Part shown: positions 1-8,798 of the stretch, in pieces | How the letters are laid out: each line of letters opens with the position of its first letter | How positions within the stretch are numbered: position 1 is the first letter of the stretch | Source of the DNA: Micrococcus luteus NCTC 2665 | GTDB lineage: Bacteria > Actinomycetota > Actinomycetes > Actinomycetales > Micrococcaceae | DNA: 32,000 nucleotides | NCBI RefSeq assembly: GCF_000023205.1 | Contig: NC_012803.1 | Span: 1,230,001 to 1,262,000 of the forward strand | Reading direction: 5' to 3' | Notes under the pieces: generated by a model | Told to the model about the DNA's origin: nothing | The model's database searches: none | Seen by the model: only the letters and a program-made list of their open reading frames with translations | Program-made: the position numbers and the translations under genes

Positions 1-340
1 GGTCCGTGGAGTCCAGGACCTCGAGCTCGACGCCGGCCGTCGCCGCGATCACCTCGGGGGCCAGGGACGAGCCGCCCATGCCCGCCAGGAGCACGCGGTC
101 CACGCCCTCGGCGCGCAGCTCCCGGGTCAGCTGGGCGATGTGCGGGACGAGGGCGCGGGAGTCCTCGAACAGGTCGATCCAGCCGAGCCGCTTGGCGGCC
201 TCGTCGCGGGACGGCGCCCCCCACAGGTCGGCGTCCTGCGCCCCGAGGCGGGAGGCGACGCGGTCCTGGAGGAGAGCGGGCAGATGGCGGTCGATCGCCT
301 CGAGGGCGGCTCCGGTGGCGGTGAGTCCGAGGGTGCTCAT
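1..340 (-). CDS. pgi: glucose-6-phosphate isomerase, N-terminal fragment (gene runs off the left edge)
   Basis: Absent from the ORF track because no stop lies in the window. The reverse complement from ATG at 340 reads MSTLGLTATGAALEAIDRHLPALLQDRVASRLGAQDADLWG...VDRVLLAGMGGSSLAPEVI, with an SIS-type GMGGSSL motif. A GGAAGGA RBS lies just upstream. It sits directly downstream of tkt-tal, as in Micrococcales PPP clusters. Confidence 0.75.
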   Translation of the reverse strand, partial: MSTLGLTATGAALEAIDRHLPALLQDRVASRLGAQDADLWGAPSRDEAAKRLGWIDLFEDSRALVPHIAQLTRELRAEGVDRVLLAGMGGSSLAPEVIAATAGVELEVLDSTD

Positions 341-395
341 GGGGGGTCCTTCCGTGCGCGTGGCGAGCGGGCGGCGGGGTCGGGGGCGGGTGCGG

Positions 396-1514
396 TCAGC
401 GGTGGGCGTCGAGCCCGGAGCGGACCGAGCCGAGCAGCTCCTCCCACGCGGTCTCGAACTTCTCCAGGCCCTCAGTCTCCAGCACGTCCACGACGTCCTG
501 GTAGGACACGCCCGCCGCGCCGACCGCGTCGAGCAGGGCGTCGGCGTCGGCGTAGGCGCCCGTGACGGTGTCCGCCGTGATCACCCCGTGGTCGGCGACC
601 GCCTCGAGGGTCTTCTCCGGCAGGGTGGTCACGGTGTGCGGTGCCACGAGCTCGGTGACGTACAGCGTGTCCGGCAGGGCGGGGTCCTTGACACCGGTGG
701 AGGCCCACAGGGGCCGCTGCACCGGGGCGCCGGCCGCCTCGAGCAGGCGCCAGCGCTCCGAGTCCAAGGCCTGCTCGAAGGCGCGGTAGGCCAGGCGCGC
801 GTTGGCGACGGCGGCCCGGCCGGTCAGCGCCTCGGCCTCGGGGGTGCCGATCGCGCGCAGCCGCGCGTCGACCTCCGTGTCCACACGGGAGACGAAGAAG
901 GAGGCCACCGAGTGGAGGCGGCGGACGTCGTGCCCATTCGCCCGGGCCTTCTCCAGGCCGGTGAGCCACGCGTTCAGCACCCGGCGGTAGCGGGGCAGCG
1001 AGAAGATCAGGGTCACGTTCACGCTGATGCCCTCGCCGAGCACGTCCGCGATGGCGGACAGGCCCTCCACGGTCGCGGGGATCTTCACCATGAGGTTGGG
1101 ACGGCCGACGGCCGACGCCAGCTCGCGGGCCTGGGCCACGGTGCCGGCGGCGTCGCGGGCCAGGCGAGGATCGACCTCGAGGGAGACGAACCCGTCCGCC
1201 CCCCCGGTGCGCTCGTGGACGGGCGCGAGCACGTCGGCGGCGCGGCGCACGTCCTCGGTCGTCAGGGCGACGACGGCCTCGTCCACCGAGGCGCCGGCCG
1301 CGGCGAGTTCGCGCAGCTGTCCCTGGTAGGCGCCCGCGTCCGCGAGGGCGACGGCGAAGATGGACGGGTTCGTGGTGACGCCGGTGACCGAGCGGGTGGC
1401 GATCAGCTCGTCGAGCGTGCCCTCGTCCAGCCGCGTGCGGGAGAGGTCGTCGAGCCAGATCGACACACCGGCCTGGGCCAGCGCGGCGGTGTTCGGGTTC
1501 TGCGGGGTGCTCAT
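396..1514 (-). CDS. tal: transaldolase (actinobacterial long type)
   Basis: 372 aa. N-terminus [15 protein letters not shown]...[11 protein letters not shown] and the active-site region MVKIPAT are typical of transaldolase. GAAGGGAAGG RBS upstream of the ATG at 1514. Confidence 0.95.
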   Translation of the reverse strand: MSTPQNPNTAALAQAGVSIWLDDLSRTRLDEGTLDELIATRSVTGVTTNPSIFAVALADAGAYQGQLRELAAAGASVDEAVVALTTEDVRRAADVLAPVHERTGGADGFVSLEVDPRLARDAAGTVAQARELASAVGRPNLMVKIPATVEGLSAIADVLGEGISVNVTLIFSLPRYRRVLNAWLTGLEKARANGHDVRRLHSVASFFVSRVDTEVDARLRAIGTPEAEALTGRAAVANARLAYRAFEQALDSERWRLLEAAGAPVQRPLWASTGVKDPALPDTLYVTELVAPHTVTTLPEKTLEAVADHGVITADTVTGAYADADALLDAVGAAGVSYQDVVDVLETEGLEKFETAWEELLGSVRSGLDAHR

Positions 1515-1574
1515 GGTCTGCGGGTGCCTTCCCTTCGAGGGTGGACGTGCTCGGGGCGCCGTGGGCGCCGGGCC

Positions 1575-3749
1575 TCAGAGGAGGCCGCGGGTCACCGCGG
1601 CGACGTGCTCACCGGTGAATCCGTACTTCTCCATCAGGCGGGCGCCGTCGGCCGACTCGCCGTAGTGCTCGAGGCTCACGCGGGCGCCCGGGGAGGAGGC
1701 CGTCACCGTGTGCTCGAACCACGGCATCCCGATGCCGGCCTCGACGGAGACGCGGACCGGGGCGTCGGGGCCGTCGGGCAGGACCTCGGCCCGGTAGGCC
1801 TCGTCCTGCTCGGCGAACCACTCGAGGCACGGGGCGGAGACGACGCGGGTCGGGACGCCGTCGGCCTGCAGCAGCTCGCGGGCCCGCACGGCCACGGAGA
1901 CCTCGGAGCCGGTCGCGATCAGCAGCGCGCGGGCCGGCGTCGGCGCGCCGTCGGCATCCGTGGCGTCGACGAGGACGTAGGCGCCGCGGGCCACGCCCGA
2001 GGCGGGGGCGAAGCCGTCCGTGTCCCGGGGGAGCACGGGCAGGCTCTGCCGGGACAGGATGAGGCCGGCCGGGCGGTCCCGGTGCTCGAGCACCGTCCGC
2101 CACGCCCACGCGGTCTCGTTCGCGTCGGCCGGGCGGACGACGTCGAGCCCGGGGATGGCCCGCAGCGCGGCCAGGTGCTCCACCGGCTGGTGCGTGGGGC
2201 CGTCCTCGCCGAGGCCGATGGAGTCGTGCGTCCACACGTACGTGCTCGGGGTGCCCATGAGGGCGGCCAGGCGGACGGCAGCGCGCATGTAGTCGGAGAA
2301 CGTCAGGAACGTGCCCACGTACGCGCGGGTCAGGCCGCCGATCGTGATGCCGTTGACGATCGCCCCGGCCGCGAACTCGCGGACGCCGAAGTGCAGGGTG
2401 CGGCCGTGCTCGTGGCCCTGCCACGTGGCGGTGGAGCGGCGGGCCGGGATGAAGGAGGGCTCGCCCTTCATGGTCGTGTTGTTCGACCCCGCGAGGTCGG
2501 CCGAGCCACCCCAGAGCTCGGGCATGACCGGTGCGAGGGCCGTGAGCACCTCACCGGAGGCCGCGCGCGTGGCCAGGCCCTTCTCGTCCGCGTCCCAGGA
2601 CGGGAACGCCTCCGCGAAGCCGGCGGGCAGCTCTCGTCCGGCCAGTCGGTCGTACAGGCGCGCGTTCTCCGGGTGGGCCTCACGCCAGGCCTGGAACGCG
2701 GCCTCCCACCCGCGGCGGTACTCGGCCGAGCGTTCGGCGATGGACCGGGCGCCGGCCAGGAGCTCGGGGTCGACGTCGAAGGTCGTGGTCGGGTCCAGCC
2801 CGAGGCCCTCCTTGAGGCCGGCGACCTCGTCCGTGCCGAGCTTGGAGCCGTGGATGCCGCCGGTGTTCTGCTTCGTGGGGGAGGGCCAGCCGATCACCGT
2901 GCGCAGCTTGATCAGCGAGGGCCGGCCGGTCTCGGCCTTGGCCGCCACGAGGGCGTCGTACAGCGCCTCCACGTCCTCCGTGTACTCGGTCACGGCGTGG
3001 CCCTGGGCACCGTTGGTCCAGTCGACCTCCTGCACGTGCCAGCCGTAGGCCTCGTAGCGGCGCGCCACGTCCTCGGTGAACGCGACGTCCGTGTCGTCCT
3101 CGATCGAGATGCGGTTCGCGTCGTAGACGACCACCAGGTTCCCGAGCTCCTGGTGCCCGGCCAGCGAGGAGGCCTCGGCGGCGACGCCCTCCTGGATGTC
3201 CCCGTCGGAGGCGAGCACGAACACGTGGTGGTCGAACGGGGAGGTGCCGGGGGCGGCGTCGGGGTCCATCAGCCCGCGTACGCGGCGCTGCTCGTACGCG
3301 AAGCCGACGCCCATCGCCAGGCCCTGGCCCAGCGGGCCCGTGGTCACCTCGACGCCGTGGGTGTGGCCGTACTCCGGGTGGCCCGGGGTCCTGGAGCCCT
3401 CGGTGCGCAGCGCCTGGATGTCCTCGAGCTCGAGCCCGGCGCCGGCGGCGAACAGCTGCAGGTACTGGATGAGCGAGGCGTGGCCCGCGGAGAGGATGAA
3501 GCGGTCCCGGCCCTCCCAGCGGTCGTCCGTGGGGTCCAGGTGCATGACGTTCTGGTACAGCTGCCACGCCACGGGGGCCAGCGAGATCGCGGTGCCGGGG
3601 TGGCCGTGCCCGGCCTTCTCCACGGCGTCCGCCGAGAGCGCCTTGAGCGTGTCGACCATCCGGCGGTCCTGCTCCGAGTAGACGAACCCGCGGGCCGGGG
3701 CCACCCGGTCCAGGGTCGGGGGAATGGACGGCTGCGCGGCGTCGGTCAC
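1575..3749 (-). CDS. tkt: transketolase
   Basis: 724 aa with a GTG start. Contains the ThDP motifs [11 protein letters not shown] and SDGDIQEGV, plus [31 protein letters not shown] upstream. Confidence 0.97.
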   Translation of the reverse strand: MTDAAQPSIPPTLDRVAPARGFVYSEQDRRMVDTLKALSADAVEKAGHGHPGTAISLAPVAWQLYQNVMHLDPTDDRWEGRDRFILSAGHASLIQYLQLFAAGAGLELEDIQALRTEGSRTPGHPEYGHTHGVEVTTGPLGQGLAMGVGFAYEQRRVRGLMDPDAAPGTSPFDHHVFVLASDGDIQEGVAAEASSLAGHQELGNLVVVYDANRISIEDDTDVAFTEDVARRYEAYGWHVQEVDWTNGAQGHAVTEYTEDVEALYDALVAAKAETGRPSLIKLRTVIGWPSPTKQNTGGIHGSKLGTDEVAGLKEGLGLDPTTTFDVDPELLAGARSIAERSAEYRRGWEAAFQAWREAHPENARLYDRLAGRELPAGFAEAFPSWDADEKGLATRAASGEVLTALAPVMPELWGGSADLAGSNNTTMKGEPSFIPARRSTATWQGHEHGRTLHFGVREFAAGAIVNGITIGGLTRAYVGTFLTFSDYMRAAVRLAALMGTPSTYVWTHDSIGLGEDGPTHQPVEHLAALRAIPGLDVVRPADANETAWAWRTVLEHRDRPAGLILSRQSLPVLPRDTDGFAPASGVARGAYVLVDATDADGAPTPARALLIATGSEVSVAVRARELLQADGVPTRVVSAPCLEWFAEQDEAYRAEVLPDGPDAPVRVSVEAGIGMPWFEHTVTASSPGARVSLEHYGESADGARLMEKYGFTGEHVAAVTRGLL

Positions 3750-3830
3750 GGGGTCTCTCCTGGTGGATCGGGAGCGTCGGGGCGCGACCCCGGCCGACGC
3801 CGGGGCGTCGCGGCGCGGGGCCGTCGTCCC

Positions 3831-3836
3831 AGCCTA
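3831..3836 (-). promoter_or_regulatory. candidate -10 box TAGGCT(GGG) for tkt-tal-pgi
   Basis: TAnnnT hexamer on the minus strand, about 80 nt upstream of the tkt GTG. Same TAGnnTGG shape as the other intergenic boxes in the window. Confidence 0.4.
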
Positions 3837-3914
3837 GCCGCGCGACGGCGGGGCGGGCCCGACCGGGCGCCCCATGACATGGCTCACCCCCGGGCGAACA
3901 GCCGTTGACACGAG

Positions 3915-3920
3915 TAGACT
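3915..3920 (+). promoter_or_regulatory. candidate -10 box TAGACT(GGG) for ctaB
   Basis: TAnnnT hexamer about 90 nt upstream of the ctaB ATG at 4012. Confidence 0.4.
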
Positions 3921-4011
3921 GGGTCAAGGCCTGCCCGCAGGCGGACCGCCCGAGTGGCCGCTCCGAACCCCGGGACGGGCACGCCCACCGTCCCCTCACC
4001 GTGAGAAGCAG

Positions 4012-4992
4012 ATGTCATCCTCCCTGGAGTCGCCGTCCGCCGCCCGCGTCGCCGCCGAGCCCGGCGTCGTCGACCGGTCCCCGCTGCCCCTGCGCCGCAA
4101 GGTGCGGGCGTACGTCGAGCTGACGAAGCCCCGGGTGATCGAGCTGCTGCTGGTGACCACGCTGCCGACCATGATCTTCGCGCAGCGCGGCTTCCCGGAC
4201 GTGCTCACCATGATCGCCACGCTCGTCGGCGGTGCGCTCGCCGCCGGCGCCTCCGGCACCTTCAACTGCTACATCGACCGGGACATCGACCGGGTCATGA
4301 AGCGCACCGAGAACCGGCCGCTCGTCACCGGCGAGGTCACCCCGCGCGAGGCCCTCGTGTTCGCGTGGGTGCAGACGGTCGTGTCCCTCCTGATCCTCGG
4401 GTTCGGCGCCAACTGGCTGGCGGCTGGCCTGGGCGTGGCCGCCATCTTCTTCTACGTGGTCGTGTACTCGCTCGTGCTCAAGCGCCGCACGGAGCAGAAC
4501 ATCGTGTGGGGCGGCATCGCCGGCTGCTTCCCCGTGCTGATCGGCTGGGCGGCCGTGCGCGGGACCGTCGAGTGGCCGGCCATCGTGCTGTTCCTCGTGG
4601 TCTTCCTGTGGACGCCCCCGCACTACTGGCCGCTGTCCATGAAGTACAAGCGCGACTACCAGCAGGCCGACGTGCCGATGCTCGGCGCCATCGCCTCCGC
4701 GCGCCACGTCTCCAACCAGGTCGTGCTCTACGCGTGGGCCACCGTGGCCTGCTCCCTCCTGCTCGTGCCGATGGGCTGGGCCGGCATGGTCTACACCGCG
4801 GTCGCGCTCGTCGTCGGCGGCTGGTTCATCTGGGAGTCCCACGTGCTGCAGGTGCAGGCCCAGCGGGAGGACTTCGAGGACCGCAAGGCCATGAAGGTCT
4901 TCCACCTCTCCATCACCTACCTGACGCTGCTGTTCATCGCCCTGGCCGTGGACCCGTTCGTGGGCGCGCCGCTGATGCACTTCGGCGCCTGA
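4012..4992 (+). CDS. ctaB: protoheme IX farnesyltransferase (heme O synthase)
   Basis: UbiA-family polytopic membrane protein ([44 protein letters not shown]). The ORF opens at 3874, but the first 46 codons are Arg/Pro-rich and overlap the promoter region. The in-frame ATG at 4012 is the likely start. Confidence 0.9.
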   Translation: MSSSLESPSAARVAAEPGVVDRSPLPLRRKVRAYVELTKPRVIELLLVTTLPTMIFAQRGFPDVLTMIATLVGGALAAGASGTFNCYIDRDIDRVMKRTENRPLVTGEVTPREALVFAWVQTVVSLLILGFGANWLAAGLGVAAIFFYVVVYSLVLKRRTEQNIVWGGIAGCFPVLIGWAAVRGTVEWPAIVLFLVVFLWTPPHYWPLSMKYKRDYQQADVPMLGAIASARHVSNQVVLYAWATVACSLLLVPMGWAGMVYTAVALVVGGWFIWESHVLQVQAQREDFEDRKAMKVFHLSITYLTLLFIALAVDPFVGAPLMHFGA

Positions 4993-5033
4993 GCGCCGGT
5001 CCGCCCCGGGCGCTCCCCGGGACGCCGACGACG

Positions 5034-5063
5034 ACGGCCCCGCACCTGCCGGTGCGGGGCCGT
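5034..5063. terminator. bidirectional hairpin between convergent ctaB and ctaA
   Basis: Perfect 13-bp GC-rich stem ACGGCCCCGCACC / GGTGCGGGGCCGT with loop TGCC. No T-tract, which is common in high-GC actinobacteria. Confidence 0.7.
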
Positions 5064-5081
5064 TCGCGTGCGCGGAGGCGG

Positions 5082-6098
5082 TCAGCCCGCGGCGACGGTG
5101 CGCGCGGGCGCGGCGGCCTCGACCGCGGCGCCGGGTCCGGCCGTGACGTAGCGGGCGACCTGCCGGTCCCAGGCCTCCGTCGCCGACGCCACGAGCAGTG
5201 CCGAGCCGAGCATGTGCAGCAGGACCACGCCGATCGGCAGGCCCGTGAAGTGCTGGGTGTAGCCCACGACGGCCTGGAACACGAGGGCGAGCAGGAGCCG
5301 CAGCACGGCGGCGCGCTGCAGGCGGGAGGCGCCGGCCGCGCGGCGCACCGTGAAGAACAGGACGAGGGCGGCCGCCAGGAGCAGGTACACCGGGACCACG
5401 TGGACCCGCGTGACCAGCAGCGGGTCGAACTCGTGGCGCGGCGAGCCGGGGTCGCCGGAGTGCGGGCCCGTGCCGGTCACCACGGTGCCCAGGTACACGG
5501 CGGCCCACGTCAGCGCGAACGCCGCCCATGCGGCGGCGCGGGACCGGCTGGTGGTGACGCCGTCGACGAGGGGCACGCCCGCCCGGCCGGCGCGGCGCTC
5601 GGCCGCGATGCGCACGACGAGCAGGGTCGCCACGGCCACCATGATCGAGGACACGATGAAGTGACCGGCCACCCACCACGGGTTCAGATGCGTCAGGACC
5701 ACGACGCCGCCCACGAGGGCCTGGGCGGGGATGCCGGCCAGCAGGCCCACGGAGAGCCAGAAGGGGCTCCGATGGGTGCCGCGCAGGTTCCACAAGGACA
5801 GGAACATGGCGGCGGCGATGACCACCAGGACGAACGTCAGCGTCCGGTTGCCGAATTCGATGTAGCCGTGGATGCCCATCTCCGGGGTGTTGGTGAGGGA
5901 CTCGGGTGAGCACGTGGGCCACGTGGGGCAGCCCAGGCCGGAGCCGGTGAGGCGCACGGCGCCGCCGGTGACGATGATGCCGATCTCGGACGCCAGGGAC
6001 GCCACGGCGAGGGCCATGGTCGCCTTCGTGAGGCGCTGCGGCAGGCGGGCGGCGAGCCCGGCCGGGGCGGTCCGGGCCGCGGGGGTGGTGGTGGACAC
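5082..6098 (-). CDS. ctaA: heme A synthase (COX15/CtaA family)
   Basis: 338 aa multi-pass membrane protein with a GTG start and GGAAGGA RBS. It has the N-terminal Cys pair GCPTWPTC and the second-half GTGPHSGD motif typical of CtaA. Confidence 0.88.
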   Translation of the reverse strand: MSTTTPAARTAPAGLAARLPQRLTKATMALAVASLASEIGIIVTGGAVRLTGSGLGCPTWPTCSPESLTNTPEMGIHGYIEFGNRTLTFVLVVIAAAMFLSLWNLRGTHRSPFWLSVGLLAGIPAQALVGGVVVLTHLNPWWVAGHFIVSSIMVAVATLLVVRIAAERRAGRAGVPLVDGVTTSRSRAAAWAAFALTWAAVYLGTVVTGTGPHSGDPGSPRHEFDPLLVTRVHVVPVYLLLAAALVLFFTVRRAAGASRLQRAAVLRLLLALVFQAVVGYTQHFTGLPIGVVLLHMLGSALLVASATEAWDRQVARYVTAGPGAAVEAAAPARTVAAG

Positions 6099-6140
6099 GG
6101 TGTCCTTCCGATCGTTCGATGCAGGGGGACGGGGAACGGC

Positions 6141-6917
6141 TCAGGGCCGCCAGCGGAACCAGCGGAGCGCGGCCGCGACGGCCACGGCGCCCCACAGGGT
6201 GAGCACGAGCAGGGGGACGGGGGACCAGGCCCCGTCCAGGAGGGCGGCGCGCAGGGCCGTGCCCAGCGCGCCGGAGGGGAGCAGGTCCACGCCGGGCACC
6301 CGGGCGGGGAACACCGTGCCGCCGACGGCGCCGAACAGCACCCACAGCAGGTTGGCGACGGCGAGGGTCGCCTCCGGCCGGGCCGTGCCGGCGAGCAGCA
6401 GCCCCAGGGCCGTGAAGGCGGCGGCCCCCAGCGCGAGGGCGACGAGGGCCGGCGGGATCCCCTCGGGGTCCGGGCGCCAGCCGAGCGCCAGGCCGACGCC
6501 GCCGATCACGCTCACCTGCACCAGCAGGAGGGCCACCACCGCCAGGGCCTTGCCGGCGACGAGGCCGAGCGTGCCCAGCGGGGTGGTGGCCAGGGCGGCG
6601 AGCACGTCGTAGCGACGCTCGAAGCCCGTGGCGATCGCGGTGGCCGTGAACGCGGAGCTGATCACGGCCAGGGCCAGCACGCCGGGCACGGCCACGTCCA
6701 GGCCCGAGCGGCCGGGAGTGTCCAGCAGGCCGGTGACGTGCACGCCCACGAGCGCGAGCAGGGGCAGCACCACGGTGACGAGCAGCTGCTCGCCGTTGCG
6801 CAGCGCGGTGCCGGTCTCGTAGCCGGCCTGACGCAGGACGCGGGCGGCCAGCGGGGCGGCGCCGGCGTGGGCTCCGGTGCCGGCCGGGGTCCGGTGGTCG
6901 ACGACGGGCGTGCTCAT
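6141..6917 (-). CDS. ABC-2 type transporter permease
   Basis: This is the C-terminal 258 aa of the 614-aa track ORF (MSTPVVDHRTPAG...). It is hydrophobic with about six membrane spans. Its ATG at 6917 overlaps the TGA of the upstream ATPase gene (ATGA). The rest of the 614-aa ORF is out-of-frame overlap with the ATPase gene. Confidence 0.8.
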   Translation of the reverse strand: MSTPVVDHRTPAGTGAHAGAAPLAARVLRQAGYETGTALRNGEQLLVTVVLPLLALVGVHVTGLLDTPGRSGLDVAVPGVLALAVISSAFTATAIATGFERRYDVLAALATTPLGTLGLVAGKALAVVALLLVQVSVIGGVGLALGWRPDPEGIPPALVALALGAAAFTALGLLLAGTARPEATLAVANLLWVLFGAVGGTVFPARVPGVDLLPSGALGTALRAALLDGAWSPVPLLVLTLWGAVAVAAALRWFRWRP

Positions 6918-7879
6918 GCGGCGGTCTCCCGGAGGATCTGCTCGAGGCGCAGTCCGGCGCGCTCGAATCGGGTGGGCATCAGGGCGTGCTCCCGCCAGCT
7001 CGACGCGAGGACGGCCAGGTCGTCCGGGCCGCGGACGCCGGCCACCCGCAGGCGGGCGGACTCGTCGAGGCCGGCCACGCGCAGCGGCGCGGGCAGGGTG
7101 TCGGCCCAGGCGCGGACGGCGTCGGGGGAGGCGTCGCCGAAGTCCACGTCGACGACGTCGCCCTCGGCCACGCGCGTGAGCTCGGCCAGCGAGCCGGAGC
7201 GCACCACGCGGCCGGCGCGCAGGATGGCGACGTCGTCCGCGAGCCGCTCGGCGTCGTCGAGCAGGTGCGTGGTCAGCAGCACGGCGGCGCCGCGGTCGGT
7301 CTGTTCCCGCACGACGTCGTGCACGACGGGCCGGGTCTCCGGGTCGAGGCCCGCGGTGGGCTCGTCGAGGAACAGCATGTCCGGCCGGCCGACGAGGGCG
7401 ACCGCGAGCGCCACGCGCTGGCGCTGGCCACCGGAGAGGCGGCGCAGGGGGCGGCCGGCGACGTCGGCGATCAGCAGGCGCTCGAGCAGCGGCTCGACGG
7501 GCAGCGGGTCGCGGTACAGGGACGCCACATGGCCGATGAAGCGGCGGGCGGGGATCGCGGGCGGCAGGCCGCCCTCCTGCCACATCACGCCGATGCGGGC
7601 GCGCAGGTCGGCGGAGGCCCGCCACGGGTCTGCGCCGAACACGCGCACGGTGCCGGCGTCGGGCCGGTCCATGCCGTGGCAGAGGCCGAGGGTGGTGGAC
7701 TTGCCGGCCCCGTTGGGGCCGAGCAGCACCGTGACGGCGCCGGCACGGGCTGTGAGGTCGACGCCCCGCAGGACAGGGGTGCGGGACCGGCCGCGGCCGA
7801 GGTTCCGGTGGACGTCGCTCAGGCGCAGGACGGGCTCGTCGCGCGGCACGGGATCCGGGGTCAGGGGAGGTCGGGGCAC
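6914..7879 (-). CDS. ABC transporter ATP-binding protein (DrrA/CcmA-like exporter NBD)
   Basis: 321 aa. Walker A GPNGAGKST, signature LSGGQRQRV, Walker B MLFLDEPTAGLD, H-loop TTHL. The GTG start at 7879 lies 6 nt after a TAGACT box. Confidence 0.9.
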   Translation of the reverse strand: MPRPPLTPDPVPRDEPVLRLSDVHRNLGRGRSRTPVLRGVDLTARAGAVTVLLGPNGAGKSTTLGLCHGMDRPDAGTVRVFGADPWRASADLRARIGVMWQEGGLPPAIPARRFIGHVASLYRDPLPVEPLLERLLIADVAGRPLRRLSGGQRQRVALAVALVGRPDMLFLDEPTAGLDPETRPVVHDVVREQTDRGAAVLLTTHLLDDAERLADDVAILRAGRVVRSGSLAELTRVAEGDVVDVDFGDASPDAVRAWADTLPAPLRVAGLDESARLRVAGVRGPDDLAVLASSWREHALMPTRFERAGLRLEQILRETAA

Positions 7880-7885
7880 TGTGCC

Positions 7886-7891
7886 AGTCTA
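7886..7891 (-). promoter_or_regulatory. candidate -10 box TAGACT(GGC) for the ABC exporter-ctaA operon, leaderless
   Basis: On the minus strand: TAGACT, then 6 nt, then GTG 7879. No RBS in the gap. Confidence 0.45.
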
Positions 7892-7985
7892 GTCCTCGGG
7901 CCCTGCGGCCCCGGCTCGTGGGGCCGGGGGCGCCCGGTCTGACGCGGGTTCCGCCGCGGGCGTCATCAAGCCAGGCGATCCTCAC

Positions 7986-8015
7986 TTGAACCGTTCCAGA
8001 TCAATAGGTCATGAT
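7986..8015 (+). promoter_or_regulatory. candidate sufR promoter (-35 TTGAAC, 18-nt spacer, -10 CATGAT)
   Basis: The most AT-rich stretch in this intergenic region. The -10 ends 3-6 nt before GTG 8019/8022, suggesting a leaderless or very short leader. The GAAC-C-GTTC palindrome (7988-7996) overlaps the -35. Confidence 0.35.
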
Positions 8016-8018
8016 GGC

Positions 8019-8714
8019 GTGGTGTATTCGGATCAGTCTGCGTCGCCCCCCGCTCCGGCCCCGGCCGAGGGCACACGCGAGCGTGTGCTGCAGCTGGTCC
8101 TGACTCGTGGACCCGTGAGCGCGGCCGAGATCGGTCGCGAGCTGGAGCTGACCGCCGCCGCCGTGCGCCGCCACCTGGACGCGCTCGAGGAGGACTCGCT
8201 CGTCGAGGTCAAGCGGGTCACCGCGGCCCGCGGCGCGGGACGGCCCTCCCGCCGCTACGTGGTCACCTCGCACGCGCAGAAGCACCTGCCCAAGGACCAC
8301 CTCGCGGTGGCCCTGGACACTCTGGCCCGCCTCGAGGAGCTCGGCGGGGAGGAGGAGGTGCGCCGCGCCGCGCGCCACGCCTTCCGTGAGATCGAGGAGC
8401 GCTTCACGGCCGCCGTCGGCGGCCGGGAGACCGCGCTCCAGGACCGCACCCGGATCCTCGCCCGGGTCCTCGACGAGGCCGGCTACGCCGGCACGCTGCG
8501 CCACTTCGGCGCGGGCCTGGCGCCCACCCTCCGCGCGGACCAGGTCTGCCAGGGGCACTGCCCGTTCCAGGGAATTCCCGCCCGCCATCCGGAGTTCTGT
8601 GAAGAGGAGACCGCGCTGTTCGCCCGCCTGCTCGAGGTGGACGTGCGCCGGCTCTCGACCCTCGCCGCCGGCGCCCACGTGTGCACCACACATGTGCCGC
8701 TGGGCCGCGACTGA
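8019..8714 (+). CDS. sufR: SufR, [4Fe-4S]-sensing HTH repressor of the suf operon
   Basis: N-terminal winged HTH (RERVLQLVLTRGPVSAAEIGRELELTAAAVRRHLDAL). C-terminal C-x3-C-x12-C (CQGHCPFQGIPARHPEFC), as in mycobacterial SufR. It sits immediately upstream of sufBDC. The ORF opens at TTG 7986; GTG 8019 or 8022 is preferred because candidate -35/-10 elements occupy 7986-8015. Confidence 0.8.
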   Translation: MVYSDQSASPPAPAPAEGTRERVLQLVLTRGPVSAAEIGRELELTAAAVRRHLDALEEDSLVEVKRVTAARGAGRPSRRYVVTSHAQKHLPKDHLAVALDTLARLEELGGEEEVRRAARHAFREIEERFTAAVGGRETALQDRTRILARVLDEAGYAGTLRHFGAGLAPTLRADQVCQGHCPFQGIPARHPEFCEEETALFARLLEVDVRRLSTLAAGAHVCTTHVPLGRD

Positions 8715-8798
8715 GCCGCGCGGGCCTCGCCCCGGCTCCCGCCGACCACCCGACCACCCGACCGACCCCGACCGCAGTGACTAGTGAGAGAGGCTGAG

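Noticed and set aside
6-3908. Uninterrupted 1300-aa ORF on the plus strand spanning pgi, tal, tkt and their spacers
   Set aside because: It is antisense to three genes with unmistakable family signatures. Over tal and tkt, its first codon position is the complement of their GC-rich third position (1512 and 3747 are both 0 mod 3, like the ORF start at 6). Stops, which must begin with T, are therefore almost impossible in this frame. The product is low-complexity and rich in Arg, Gly, Ala and Pro. This is the classic high-GC shadow ORF.
3905-3910. Perfect TTGACA hexamer upstream of ctaB as a -35 element
   Set aside because: It lies only 4 nt from the TAGACT box, and nothing resembling a -10 sits 16-19 nt downstream of it. 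It is probably fortuitous.
4015-6345. 776-aa minus-strand ORF overlapping ctaB (antisense) and ctaA (out of frame)
   Set aside because: The composition is Arg/Gly/Pro/His-rich with no motifs. The region is fully explained by ctaB and ctaA, which have clear membrane-protein signatures.
6918-7985. N-terminal 356 aa of the 614-aa ORF 6141..7985
   Set aside because: This part overlaps the ABC ATPase gene out of frame and is Arg/Pro-rich. Only the C-terminal 258 aa, from the ATG at 6917 that overlaps the ATPase stop, look like a membrane permease.
8742-8775. Short tandem CCGACCAC CCGACCAC CCGACC... repeat in the sufR-sufB spacer
   Set aside because: Only two exact 8-bp units plus degenerate copies. 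It is consistent with low-complexity C-rich spacer sequence, is too short to call a repeat element, and has no inverted partner.
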